A stretch of 64,000 nt of DNA from an uncultured delta proteobacterium (lineage in GTDB: Bacteria > Desulfobacterota > Syntrophobacteria > Syntrophobacterales > Syntrophobacteraceae), in the NCBI GenBank assembly GCA_963808625.1, contig CAWEHK010000010.1, positions 1 to 64,000 on the forward strand, written 5' to 3'. The position numbers were made by a program, and so were the translations under genes. Shown here piece by piece: positions 33,237 through 44,483 of the stretch (within the stretch, counting starts at the first letter, position 1; each line of letters starts with the position of its first letter). The notes below the pieces were generated by a model that did not search any database, had not been told where the DNA came from, and worked only from the letters and a program-made list of their open reading frames with translations.

Positions 33237-33473
33237 GCAGATCTTTCCTCAACCCTCCGCACGAGCATCTCAATCTCCCCTCTGCCTCGCAAGCCAAGTC
33301 GGATAGAAGCTGGCCCACTCCCCGAAGTCCAAGACCCAGTCATCATCCTCTGGTTCTTCACCGCTCGGATAGGCAGCAAAAAAGGTTTCAGAACGAATAC
33401 CAAACCTACGCTCAAACTCAAGCAGTGCTTCTTCGAGTGCATGAATGTCCAATAATATGTTGCGCAGGCCCAC
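33233..33473 (-). CDS. Small acidic antitoxin-like protein (resembles TumA-type partners of DUF6516), orphan
   Basis: IHALEEALLEFERRFGIRSETFF...DDDWVLDFGEW; family from memory. Confidence 0.45.
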
Positions 33474-33486
33474 TGTTAACCTCTAT

Positions 33487-33726
33487 TCAAAAGGAGTAAA
33501 CGGGCATACAAACCTCACGGTATGCCTTTCTCCGGCCTCGCAGGTTTTCCTGAATCGTCTTCAGTACATTGGCCGCATAGTAACGCGTACCACACTCCCT
33601 GCATACACCTGCAGGCACATTCTCAAATTGTACGTAGCCGCCTCTGACCTTACGATGAAGAGTGACACGCCTTTCGGTGATTGGCCCGCCACAATACTCA
33701 CACGTTTCATTTTCCCAAAAGCCCAT
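33487..33726 (-). CDS. YgiT/MqsA-type zinc finger protein
   Basis: CEYCGG...ENVPAGVCRECGTRYY. Confidence 0.85.
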   Translation of the reverse strand: MGFWENETCEYCGGPITERRVTLHRKVRGGYVQFENVPAGVCRECGTRYYAANVLKTIQENLRGRRKAYREVCMPVYSF

Positions 33727-33743
33727 CTTATTCTCTTCCCGCT

Positions 33744-34019
33744 CTACCTTCCAGGTTTGTCCTCATAGACTGTTATGACACGAACTTTTCCCGACAGGGT
33801 GACGCGGCATACAACCCCAATGGCGCGGCCATCCAGAGCCGAACCGATCAATTCGTACTTCCCCTCTCTCGGCCAGCTTCTTCGGATCTTACCAGTCAAA
33901 ATACCCTGTTCAACATCATAGATATCGAAGTCATCCGCATCCGCTTCATCATAAGCATGTTCGATAAGGTAGTACAGGCCGTTACGGACGAGAGCTTGAA
34001 TTTGTTTGATCTTACTCAA
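33744..34019 (-). CDS. DUF4258 protein (putative RelE-like toxin)
   Basis: EHAYDE...DVEQGILTG...VRVITVY; paired with the zinc finger gene. Confidence 0.8.
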   Translation of the reverse strand: MSKIKQIQALVRNGLYYLIEHAYDEADADDFDIYDVEQGILTGKIRRSWPREGKYELIGSALDGRAIGVVCRVTLSGKVRVITVYEDKPGR

Positions 34020-34020
34020 A

Positions 34021-34114
34021 GTTGGCCACCTCGACCAGGGTTGTCACCAGATCCACACGCCTCGTGTTGCTACACCGAAGGGACTGCGAGAGGAGCGATA
34101 TCAATAGAAATCAT
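34021..34114 (-). pseudogene. Remnant of a PIN/VapC toxin
   Basis: ATGA overlap with the RHH gene; MISIDIAPL and LVTT-LVEVAN pieces. Confidence 0.4.
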
Positions 34115-34362
34115 CTTTTCCCGCCGAATCGCTCCCTGAGAACTCCTCTTGTCATCATTGACAATTCTCCTCTGCCGCTTTCTGCCTCGCCGACCAAATC
34201 GCGGGTCAGCTCGTAAGGTTTCTTTCCTTCTTCCTCAAGCACCCTGCCGCAAAAATCCCTGACGGATCGCTTGAGGATCTCCGTCTTGGTGGTTCGGAGG
34301 ACTTTCGCTGTCCTATCGAGCATCGCCCTTGTTTCTGCGTCGAGTCTCACGCTGACAGGCAT
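34111..34362 (-). CDS. RHH/CopG-type antitoxin
   Basis: MPVSVRLDAETRAMLDRTAKVLRTTKTEILKRSV; GRGELS. Confidence 0.8.
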   Translation of the reverse strand: MPVSVRLDAETRAMLDRTAKVLRTTKTEILKRSVRDFCGRVLEEEGKKPYELTRDLVGEAESGRGELSMMTRGVLRERFGGKR

Positions 34363-34468
34363 TGGGTGCCCCTCGACCTCCCAGATTCTATCGCATCCAG
34401 TGATTATCAAGTTCTATTATGGGTGGTTACCCTGTCAAGAAACGAGTTTGCCGAAAACCGTTGAGGAC

Positions 34469-35201
34469 CTACTCCTTCGCCTTGTTCACACAAAGGAACG
34501 CCACGACAAACATCACCGTCCCGAGTCCTGCCAGAATAAGATATGAGAACGCCTCCGGCGCCTCGCCAAACGCCGTGCTGCGGATTATCTGGGCGGCATG
34601 AGTGAGCGGCAGCAGATGCAGGATTTTTTGCGCCCACACGGGCATGCGGTCAACCGGGAAAAAGGTGCCGCCAAGGAAGGCCATCGGGGTGATGACGAAG
34701 TTGGTGAGCAGGGCCTGATCGGCGTGGGACCTGACCACCATGGCCAGGCACACGGCGAGGGAGGCGAACAGAAAACTGTTGAGCAGCACCGCCAGCCAAA
34801 AAAATAGATTGTACGAAAGCACGACCCCGGAGAGCAGCCCAATCACGATGATCACCGCTACCGACAGCAGCGCCCTGGTGATCCCGGCCAGGACTTCGCC
34901 GGTTACGTAGGCAATATTTCGATCGGCGCCGCCTGGAATTCCTCGAAGATGCGCCAGTAGAATCTGGCAATGTTGATTTCGCTGGCAATGGCAAAAGCCT
35001 GCGTCATGCTGCTCATGGCCACCAGCCCGGGCACCAGGAACTCGAGGTAGGACCGCCCCTGCACCTGGACCCCCTGCCCCATCCCGAGACCGAAAGCGAC
35101 GAGATAGAGCAACGGGCCGACGGACATGGAGGCAAGCTGCGGAAGAACTTCTTCCTCAAAATCAGCAGCTCGCGCCGATAAATGGCCAGGCACCCTCTCA
35201 T
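34469..35201 (-). CDS. ABC-2 type permease (indels)
   Basis: YLEFLVPGLVAM; ITPMAFLGGTFFP; LLPLTHA. Confidence 0.85.
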
Positions 35202-36036
35202 GGTAAAACCTTCTTGCCGGTCACCGCCAGGAAGACATCCTCGAGGTTCACCCGGCGCAGGTGAAGCCTCCGTGCCGCTTTTCCAGGTGCCGGTTGGCCT
35301 CCTCCCGCGATTGAAAAAAGATGGTTTCCATCTCGCCATCGACGATCTCATCGAGGGCCCACGCTCCCAGCCTCGCCATCAGGTCCTGGGGGGTATCGAC
35401 GGCCACGATTCTCCCTTCGTCCAAAAAGGCGACGCGCTCGGCCAGAAACTCGGCTTCCTCGATGTAATGCGTGGTGAGAAAGATCGTGGCGCCACCCTGC
35501 TGAATGCTCTTGACGAGGGACCAGATGCGCCTTCTGATGGTCGGGTCGAGACCCACGGTTGGTTCATCCAAGAACAGGATTTTGGGAGCATGCATCATGG
35601 CGCGGGCAACCATCACCCGTCTTTTCAGGCCGCCGGAGAGGTGCTTAATGGGGCTGCTCCGCCGTTCTTTGATCCCGATATAATCGAGCAACTCGTCGAT
35701 CCTCGCCGCTCTTTCCCGCGCGGCCATGTGAAACAGTCTGCCGTGAATGTCCAGGTTCTCCTGGACGGTAAGCTCATGATCAAGATTGATGGTCTGCGGC
35801 ACAAGACCGCATTGTCTCTTGGCCTCGAGCGACTCCCTCACCACGTGATAGCCATGGACATAGGCATCACCGGATGTCGGGTTCGCAAGACCGGTCAGGA
35901 TTTTGATAGTGGTCGTCTTGCCCGACCCGTTCGGCCCCAGGTAGGCGAAGAGCTCCCCCTCACCGACCTCGAGGCTGACCCCCTTCAGGGCCTGAATGGC
36001 GCCGTAGTTCTTGGTCAGATTTTCAATTCTGATCAC
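35198..36036 (-). CDS. ABC transporter ATP-binding protein
   Basis: GPNGSGKTT; LSGGLKRR; LDEPT; TTHY. Confidence 0.93.
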
Positions 36037-36184
36037 GGAATGTCTCGTCGAAAGTGCATGATCCCCTTGAGGTCCCCGGCAGAGAGATAAAAAGCGCAGA
36101 GTGGGTTATCATTGAAGGCATTGAAGATCTGCACAGGATGGAACACGATAGTCGGTATCAAGTCCTATAATCCGTCAGAACGGT

Positions 36185-36568
36185 TCACCAATATCTTGTC
36201 ACTTGATAAGCATCGAAAGCCCCGTCCGTGCTTATGATAGGCAGTTTTTCCTTCAACCCCTGTGCGATCAACAGGCGATCAAAAGGATCACGGTGATGAT
36301 AGGGAAGTTCGGTGACAAGAGAGAGATGATCGATTTGAATTGGCAGAATTTCAATCTGGTTTGTGTCCAGTTGCTGCCTGATGAATTCGTTATATGGCAG
36401 CGGAATTGTCAATCTTCCCAAGCTGATCTTGATGGCCATTTCCCACAAGCTTGAGACGCTGAGAAACAGTTCGTTTCTCTCAGTCATCAACTGTTGAGCC
36501 AAGCCACTCAAACGAGGATCGTCACTAATAAACCAAAGGAAAGCGTGAGTATCCACGAGCAGCCTCAT
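36185..36568 (-). CDS. VapC PIN-domain toxin
   Basis: LLVDTHAFLW; SLWEMAIK; HRDPFDRLLIAQ. Confidence 0.93.
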   Translation of the reverse strand: MRLLVDTHAFLWFISDDPRLSGLAQQLMTERNELFLSVSSLWEMAIKISLGRLTIPLPYNEFIRQQLDTNQIEILPIQIDHLSLVTELPYHHRDPFDRLLIAQGLKEKLPIISTDGAFDAYQVTRYW

Positions 36569-36795
36569 GACATGTATTCCTGAAAGTCAGCCAGTGGTTC
36601 ATCGAAATCCTCTCTCATTCGTATGAGGCCCTTCGCACTCCCAGGTCGGCGACAGGGTTGCTCCTCCTCAGGGATGCGAATAACCCTCAGCACTGGCCGC
36701 TCTTTTCGAGTGATCAAGACTTCCTCGCCCTGAAGCGCATTTTCGAGGATCTCACCCCAATTCTTCTTTGCCTCATCCAATTCAACATGACGCAT
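36565..36795 (-). CDS. Phd/YefM-family antitoxin
   Basis: DEAKKNW...GEEVLITR...RRPGSAKG...DFDEPL. Confidence 0.88.
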   Translation of the reverse strand: MRHVELDEAKKNWGEILENALQGEEVLITRKERPVLRVIRIPEEEQPCRRPGSAKGLIRMREDFDEPLADFQEYMS

Positions 36796-36877
36796 TGCAT
36801 AAGTTCCTTTCTCCTGCATCTTGCCTCTCATATCTTCATATAAACCCTGCAACCGCGCAACTCAAGCATTGAACAAA

Positions 36878-37055
36878 GAGGAAAGTCCTGGTCGGCCGTG
36901 ATAACTATTCGGCCTTCACGGCGGGCCATTTCCAGCAATTCCGTATCCGTAGCCCGGTCTTTTCCGATCTGGTGAGCATGTACGCCCTCGTGCCCATGGG
37001 CCTCCAGGACTTCCAACAGGAGTGCGGAGACTGGCATATCCAGAAGCACTTTCAT
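36878..37055 (-). pseudogene. DUF5615 PIN-like toxin, truncated
   Basis: MKVLLD...DTELLEMARREGRIVITADQDF, then similarity is lost. Confidence 0.75.
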
Positions 37056-37285
37056 GAGGCAAACTCAACGACCTGCTCATCCGCCAAAAAGGCTGCGTAC
37101 GAGAGCGCCTCCTGAATGTCCTCGACTTCAAGATAGGGGTATGATTTGAGAATGGATTCCTGAGTTTCACCGGCAGCCAGGAGTCCAAGCAGGCGAGACA
37201 CAGGGAATCGCAGCCCCCGAACGGTAGGCTTCCCACCACAGACTTCAGGGTTTACAGTGATCCGTTGAAAGGTCATGGGAAACAT
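37052..37285 (-). CDS. DUF433 antitoxin
   Basis: RITVNPEVCGGKPTVRGLRFPV...YPYLEVEDIQEALSYA. Confidence 0.9.
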   Translation of the reverse strand: MFPMTFQRITVNPEVCGGKPTVRGLRFPVSRLLGLLAAGETQESILKSYPYLEVEDIQEALSYAAFLADEQVVEFAS

Positions 37286-37519
37286 CTCCTTTCCGTAACA
37301 TCAAACACGGCATCTCTCAAACATTATCGTCCACCTCGCGTTCTTTATCAAGGCTGACGGTACTTACGCCGCTGAAACCAATGAGCTGAACTACAATCAT
37401 AGGGGGTTCGCTTTCGGGTAGCGCCTCAAGGTCATCAAAGAGGGCGAGTCGCATGGCCCCGAGGATTTCTGCTTCTATCCGAAGTAACCTGCCTTTTCGC
37501 CTGAACCTTAACGGAAGGC

Positions 37520-37610
37520 TTGGCAGGAGGCGTGAAGCCAAAGACCGGATGCGAACCCATGGAAGAATCAAGAAAGTGCCGTCATAGGCAATCAAGCAGA
37601 GGTTATTTCC
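37520..37610 (-). pseudogene. DUF4338-like fragment
   Basis: FLILPWVRIRSLASRLL. Confidence 0.45.
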
Positions 37611-37647
37611 GCGCACCGTGTTTTCGGTGGAAATGGAACAGATGCAG

Positions 37648-37704
37648 TTGACTTTCCTACAATCGCATGTTTTCCTGAGCAGGAAAACTACTGTTTCCAG
37701 GAAA
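37648..37704 (+). promoter_or_regulatory. Promoter with overlapping inverted-repeat operators
   Basis: TTGACT; GTTTTCCTG-ag-CAGGAAAAC; TTTCC-a-GGAAA. Confidence 0.55.
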
Positions 37705-37711
37705 ATGAGTC

Positions 37712-38803
37712 ATGTTTAGCGAGAAAGAGATAATCCGGAAATTTGAAGAGGGCGGGGTATCATTGCCACCGCTGCAGCTTCGACTTTCCTCTCGAAAAGA
37801 GGGAGCTGGCGACAGTGGGGCGGATGCAACCATCGAGGTCTGCTTGGGTGAGCAGCGGGAAGAGTTTGCAGTCGAATTCAAGGCCCAATCCACACCGAGA
37901 GTCCTGCGTGAGGCAATGTACAGGGTAAGAGCCGCAGTTCGTGATACGGGACTAAATCCTATGATCATTGTCCCCTATCTCAGTGAGGATGCGCTCAGGG
38001 AACTCGATGTTGAGGGTGTGAGCGGATTAGATCTATGTGGAAATGGCATCGTGGTTGTGCCGGGCAGGATGTTTGTTTATCGCACCGGCAATCCTAACCG
38101 CTTTCCCAGTTCAGCCCCCATCAAAAACATCTATCGCAAGAACACTTCGATGATAGCCAGGGTATTCCTGGTTCGACCGAGATTCAATCGGGTCACGGAG
38201 ATAATGGAAGAAGTCAATCGACGCAATCTCCTGTCCAGATGGGCGGGACAGCCAATAGCGCTCTCCACGGTATCGAAAGCGATCAAGGGGCTGGAAGACG
38301 ACATGATAGTGGGCCGAAAAGGTTTCGCTCCCAGTCTGCTTCAGGCCGAGAAGCTCCTTGACAGGTTGTCGGAGAACTATGCCGAGCCCAAAGTGGGGCA
38401 ATTCATGAATTGGAAGCTGCCGCTGCCTTCAGGAGCGGGGAAATCTGAGGATATGTTGAAGGAAGCTTTCCGGAGCGGCATTCCAGCGGTTGTTACCGGC
38501 ACCAGTTCGGTTTCCAGGTATGCGGTTATGCAGTCGGGAGATACGCTCCGCATTTACTGTCCCGACCCTAAAGACTGGCTTGCAAAACTTCCAGGTGATC
38601 AGTCCGATCGTTTTCCGACCTTCTCGATTATTCAAACGGAAGACGCATCGGTTTACTTCGATGCCAGATCCCATGAAGGAATAATTTGGGCTTCACCGGT
38701 TCAAACTTATCTAGAGTTGATGAAAGGCGACAAGCGGGACCAGGAAACGGCTGCGCAGGTGAGAGATACAATTCTTCGGCAGCTCAAGGAGGATCAGCCC
38801 TGA
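37712..38803 (+). CDS. AbiEi-like type IV antitoxin/regulator with an N-terminal PD-(D/E)xK-like domain
   Basis: ADATIE..FAVEFK; VPYLSE; LDLCGN; HTH ALSTVSKAIKGL; ASPVQTYLEL...DKRDQETA. Confidence 0.65.
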   Translation: MFSEKEIIRKFEEGGVSLPPLQLRLSSRKEGAGDSGADATIEVCLGEQREEFAVEFKAQSTPRVLREAMYRVRAAVRDTGLNPMIIVPYLSEDALRELDVEGVSGLDLCGNGIVVVPGRMFVYRTGNPNRFPSSAPIKNIYRKNTSMIARVFLVRPRFNRVTEIMEEVNRRNLLSRWAGQPIALSTVSKAIKGLEDDMIVGRKGFAPSLLQAEKLLDRLSENYAEPKVGQFMNWKLPLPSGAGKSEDMLKEAFRSGIPAVVTGTSSVSRYAVMQSGDTLRIYCPDPKDWLAKLPGDQSDRFPTFSIIQTEDASVYFDARSHEGIIWASPVQTYLELMKGDKRDQETAAQVRDTILRQLKEDQP

Positions 38804-39696
38804 ACGGAATCATTACGTTGACCACCGCCTTGCTCGATCTGTCCAACGAACTAAGGGGTACGGATTTGAGCCTGATCGTGGGGGGTGGCTTCGGTATCTA
38901 TCTCAAATACCGTGACTTACTGGAGACAGGCTCACGAACTCTTTTGAGTCGTTGGCCGGAGCCGCGTTCCACAAACGACCTTGACCTTTTCCTTCGTACA
39001 GAGCTTCTGGCCGATTCCCGGCGCTTGGTGCCACTTGTCAAGGCACTGGATAAATTAGGTTACAGGCCGGTTGAAACAGCCAAGTACTATCAGTTCTACA
39101 GGCCCGGTTCAGAAGGCGGAGAGGCCGGCAGTTCGAAGATCGATATCTTGACCGGTCCCGAACAAACCTTGAGAGATGCCGGTGTCATGGCCAAGGACCG
39201 TCGTGCTCGCCCGAGGCCCAAAATACCTCTCCATGCCCGTACCTTGGATGAAGCACTGACATTGGAGGAACATCTCAAGGAGGTCATTATCGATGGCCGC
39301 CGGAGCGGTGGTGAAAACGAAACTGCCGCGGTCTTTTTGCCTCATCCTTTCACGTTCATTATGATGAAGCTCTTTGCTCTGAGAGACCGAATCGATGATT
39401 CGGAGAAAGACTGCGGGCGTCATCATGCTCTGGATCTCTATACGACCCTTGCCATAATGACGGAAGAGGAATGGGAGGTTTCCATCCAACTTCACAAGAG
39501 ACATATCTCAGATGCCAAAATGATCGAGGCAGGTGAGTTGGTACGCCAGCTTTTTGGGGATGAATTCAGTCGTGGAGTACTGAGGCTGAAAGAAAACATC
39601 TACTATCGCCCCGACTTTCAGGTGAAAGAATTTCTCCAAGCTCTTAGAGACCTATTTACTCAGGCCAAAGGTAAGCGAAAGGACTGGCGCCGATGA
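38800..39696 (+). CDS. AbiEii-like nucleotidyltransferase toxin
   Basis: LIVGGG...PRSTNDLDL; KIDIL; MKLFAL; HALDLY. Confidence 0.7.
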   Translation: MNGIITLTTALLDLSNELRGTDLSLIVGGGFGIYLKYRDLLETGSRTLLSRWPEPRSTNDLDLFLRTELLADSRRLVPLVKALDKLGYRPVETAKYYQFYRPGSEGGEAGSSKIDILTGPEQTLRDAGVMAKDRRARPRPKIPLHARTLDEALTLEEHLKEVIIDGRRSGGENETAAVFLPHPFTFIMMKLFALRDRIDDSEKDCGRHHALDLYTTLAIMTEEEWEVSIQLHKRHISDAKMIEAGELVRQLFGDEFSRGVLRLKENIYYRPDFQVKEFLQALRDLFTQAKGKRKDWRR

Positions 39697-40003
39697 GCCG
39701 GCAGTTGGCAATAAGGCTGATGAAAAGGTCCCTTCCCGCGCCCCCCTAAGGCTCTTGAAGAACAGAGAGATTTCTCCGAATGGAGGTCGGGTCGTGAGGA
39801 GAGACGGGTAATTCCAAGGGCAAACAGCTCAAAGACAGATCAAATCCGCAACGGCCAGATCCCGCATCTGATTGCACCCTCCGGCAACTGAAATATTGAA
39901 CAATCCTTCTAAACGCTTTATAGTAGCCCCACTTTGAACCTGGAGAGTCCACAGCAGTCCTCGATGCGGGACCAGAGGCTGAAAGGCTGAAGGAAAAATA
40001 CCC

Positions 40004-43000
40004 ATGGCTTACGATGTTGGAATTGACGTTGGTTCGGTGAGCATCAACTGCATGGTCATTGATGAGCGCCAGCAGGTGGTGCTCGAAACCCCATATATTC
40101 GCCACTTTGGGCTCTTTTTCGAAGAGACCCTCAGGCTGCTTCAGGAGCTCATGGCTTCCTGGCCGCAGGGGCCTGACGGCATCCGCTCCCTTACCTTTAC
40201 CGGAGTCAACGGGCAGCTCCTGGCGGAAATTCTGGCGGCGCCCTATGAAGTGGAGACGATTGCGCAGATCCTCGGCGCCACGCACCTGGCGCCGGGCGTG
40301 CGTTCCATTATAAGCATCGGCGGGCAGGATGCATCGCTCTTCCAGCTCGCCTACGAAGGCGATCAGTGGCGCCTGGAAGCCTTCAACATGAACGGCCCCT
40401 GTGCCTCGGGAACGGGCTCGTTCATGGATCAGCAGGCCGAGCGGCTGGCCTTGTCCATGTACGGCGCCGAGTTTCACATGGACCAGGAAAAGCTGCAGCA
40501 GACCCTCGAAGATTTTATCGCCCTGGGGCTGCAAGCGACCTATCCCGCTCCGGTGGCATGCCGCTGCACCGTGTTCACCAAATCCGACATGATCCATTTG
40601 CAGAATAAGGGCGAATCGCTGCCCAACATCATCGCCGGGCTGCACTACGGGAATGCCGCCAACTATATCAGCACCATCGTCGGCCAACCGGCAGCTTGCG
40701 GAGCCCATCGTCTTCATCGGCGGCATGGCTTCCAACCGGCTGCAGGTCAAGGCCTTTCAGCACTATTTTCCCGACCTTCAGGTGCCTGCTCATCATACTT
40801 CCCTCGGCGCCCTCGGCGTCGCCCTGCAGGCGCAAAAGCAAGGCTGGCGGAACCAGGTGGACGTTTCGCGCCTGGGCCTGAATAACACTCCGACTCGAAC
40901 ATACCATTTTCCTGCTGCCGACCGTCTGGAACTCGAGCTGACCCACTTCGATCCGGACAACACCCTGTCGCCCTGGCAGACCCGGCGGAAAGCGGCAACC
41001 CAGGTTTTCCTGGGGGTGGACATCGGCTCGACTTCGACCAAGTATGCCCTCATCGACGACAAGGGGCAGATCCTGCACAAGTGCTACGTTCCAACCCAGG
41101 GAAAACCCATCGAAGTCACGCAGCGGCTGCTCCGGACGCTCGAAAAAGAGGTTGGCAGCCGGGTGCGGCTGATGGCCATCGCGACCACCGGCTCCGGGCG
41201 CAACGTGGTGGGTGATTTCCTCGATGCCGACCTCATTATTGATGAAATCACCGCCCACGCCCGAGGGGCCGTCGCGGTAGACCCGGAAATCGACACGATT
41301 TTTGAAATCGGCGGCCAGGATTCCAAGTACATCAGGATCGAGAATACCCATCCCCTGGATTTCGACATGAACAAGGTCTGCGCCGCCGGGACCGGCAGCT
41401 TCCTGCACGAGCTGGCCAACAAGATGAAGATCAATATCGTCGGCGAGTTCCAGGAAGTCGCCCTGGCGGCCGAAACCCCGATCCATCTTGCCGAGCGCTG
41501 CACGGTCTTCATGGAGTCCGACCTGGTGAGTTACGCCCAAAAGGGCGCCAGGCGTGAGGATCTCATTGCCGGCCTCTGTTACGCCATCGTCTACAACTAT
41601 CTCAATCGGGTCGTCGAGAAACGCTTCATCGGCCAGCGGATCATGTTCCTGGGCGGGCCTTCGCTGAATAAGGGGATCGTCGCAGCCTTCGAGAAAGTCT
41701 TGGGAAAGCCGATCCTGGTGCCCAAACATCGGGAGGTCATGGGGGCTTTCGGGGCGGCCCTCGCGGTGCGGGAGCTCTACCACAAGGGAGAAATTACCTG
41801 CAAGAGCCGCAACCTGGAGAGACTTGCAGGCTCCGAGGTGCAGTGTTTCAGAAACCATCTGTACGGCGGACAAGAAATGCCATAACGAGTGCAAGCTGAA
41901 GGTCTACGATTTTGGCGGGCACAAGAGCATCTGGGGAGGGGATTGCGGGCGTTACGAGGCGGGCCGCTATGAGGGTCTGCACCAGGTGAATTATTTTTTG
42001 GAACGTCAGCAATATTTCCAGGAGGCCATGGAAGAAAAAGGCACCTCCCTGTTTGAAGTCGCGCGCGGGGACCTGCATGCCCGAGCCGACGGTGGGTGTT
42101 CCTCTGGCCCTGCACAGCCTGGAGTGGGGAATTTTCTGGTCCCATCTCTTTGCCGAACTGGGTTTCACGGTCCTGCTGAGCCCTCGCACCAACAATAAGA
42201 TCGTCCTGACCGGCGTCGAAAGCATGACCGCCGAGACCTGCTTTCCGGTAAAGGTGTTCCACGGTCATGTGCAGCTATCTCTCTGGATCGGGCCGAATAC
42301 CTTTTTCTGCCGAATGTGATCGATATGCCTACGCCTCAGGCGCAGGAAACAGGCTTTTTCTGTCCCCTGGTGGAAAGCTCCCAGTACATGGTGCGGGCGG
42401 CTCTGAACATCCCCGACCAACGCCTGATCCGGCCGACTCTGTATTTGAAAGAGGGTCCGGAGCATCTGGTGGAAGCCTTCCACAAGGGTCTGCCCCAGCG
42501 ACCTGCAGCCCGGGCGGGCGGGCCTCGAGAGGGCGGTGCAGAAGGCATGGGACAGGCAAAGCGCCTTTCGCCGGAAGCTCTTCGAGCGCGGTCGGGAGGT
42601 CCTGCGGGAGGTGGCTCCCGGCGAAGCCCTGTGGGTCGTCACCGGGCGTCCGTACAATCTTCACGACGAAAGGTCGAACTTCCAACTGGGAAGACACCTG
42701 GCCAAACTGGGAATCAGGGCCTTGCCGATGGATTATCTGGACGTCGATGCCGAGGATTTGAGCGATTTTCCGACGGATGTACTGGGGCCAGGGGGCGAAG
42801 ATCCTCCGCACGGCGAAGCTCATCGCGCGCACGCCGAATTGGTACGGCGTCCACCTCACCAACTTCAGCTGCGGCGCCGATTCCTTCATCGAACATTTCT
42901 ATCGGCATATCCTGCGGGAAAAACCGTCGCTCATTCTGGAACTGGACGAGCACAGTGCCGTGGCGGGACTCCTGACCCGCATCGAAGCCTATCAGAATGT

Positions 43001-43076
43001 CGTGAAAAATCTACAAGACAAATCCCTGAAAATTCACTATGAAGCAGAAGCACCATTCGAGGCCTTGTGCCGGTAG
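40004..43076 (+). CDS. CoA-substrate-specific enzyme activase: two BcrAD/BadFG domains plus a DUF2229-like domain (PlsA/Ger-like; several indels)
   Basis: GIDVGS / GVDIGSTSTK; two IGGQD; CASGTGSF / CAAGTGSF; two RCTVF; TCFPVK; GRPYN; FSCGADS; ELDEH..TRIEA. Confidence 0.88.
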
Positions 43077-43109
43077 CTCACTGACGGAGGGATAACACAG
43101 CATATTAAT

Positions 43110-44474
43110 ATGTCACAACCGCCTGATCTGCATGCCTTTCATCGTTTACAGACCAGCGTAAAGCAGTTCAACGTTTCGGGAAGAACGCTTCTCATGCCGG
43201 ACATGGCTCCTTTCGGCGTGCGGCTCCTTGCGGCGTCCTTTCGCGCCGTCGGGGTCGATGCCCTGGTCATCGACACCTATAAGGGCTTGTCTCTGGGAAG
43301 GGAGTTCACCTCCGGCAAGGAATGCTTTCCCTGCCAGGTGACCCTGGGCGATATCCTCCACCACCTGGAAGAGGAAAAGAAGCGCCTGGGCGCAGCGTTT
43401 TCTCCGGAGCGATACGTCTATTTTCTTCCGGAAGCCGACGGCCCCTGCCGCTTCGGCATGTATAACAAGCTCCAGCGACTCATTTTGGACCGTTTCGAGG
43501 AATTCAAAGATATCCCCATCGTCTACGTTTCCACCGAGAATGCTTATGCCACCAACGGCATCATGCCTGCCGATCGCGCTCCGATTTTTCGCAAGCTGGC
43601 CTTTGTTGCCGTCATCATCGCCGATGTTCTGGACCGCACGGTGTGGCGGGTACGCCCCTACGAACGGCGGCCGGGAATGACCGATGCCTTCATGGAAAAG
43701 GCTCTGCAGGACATGGTTTCGCGGATTGAAGAAATCGGCGCCCGGCCTCGATTTCCATAAACTGTATCGACTGCTCGAAGACATTGTCGCAACGGCCCGC
43801 ACCTTTATCGATCCTCGGCAGCCTCCGCGCCCCCGCATCGGTATTGTCGGCGAAATCTATCTGCGCACCCATCCGGATTCCAACCAGAATATTGTGCGGC
43901 AACTGGAGGAGTTCGGGGGAGAAGTCGTGGATGCATCCCTGGGCGAATGGGTCAATTTCGTTGCGTTTGAACGGGCGCGAAAGCTGCGGCGACAATGGAA
44001 AATCGCGTGGAAGGAAAAAAACCATCAGACGCTGCGGCAGGTCAGCCGGAAATGGCTCGGATATCGAAATCGAAAAGCTTTACCAGGCATGGCGCCAGCA
44101 CCAGGTTTACGCGGAGCGCCAGGAAGCATCTGGATATCCAACCGGATCACAGCATCGGCCGGATTGAACGCCGACTGGATGCCAACCGCCTCTTTAGCTT
44201 TGACATTGGCACGGAAGCTGCGCTCAGTATTGGCGGAGCATTGGAATACGCCCATCACGGCTTTAACGGCATCGTCAACGTCTTTCCTTTCACCTGCATG
44301 CCGAGCACGATCTGTTCGGCGATTCTGAAACCCCTGCTCCATCAGATGCGAATCCCCTACCTTGACGCTCCTTATGACGGCGCCATCCAGCCTAATCGAG
44401 AAGTCGCCCTGCGCACTTTTCTTTACCAGGCGAAACAGCATCTTGCGTCCAGGCTTACGGGGAAAGAACAATAA
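43110..44474 (+). CDS. HGD-D-like reductase partner (PlsR-like; indels)
   Basis: GKECFPC; GPCRFGMY; IGIVGEIYLR; PFTCMP. Confidence 0.82.
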
Positions 44475-44483
44475 GGTTTAGCG

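Noticed and set aside
40668..41894. Long antisense ORFs (also 7463-8260, 10654-11601, 51861-52904)
   Set aside because: Shadow frames of GC-rich genes, with no motifs.
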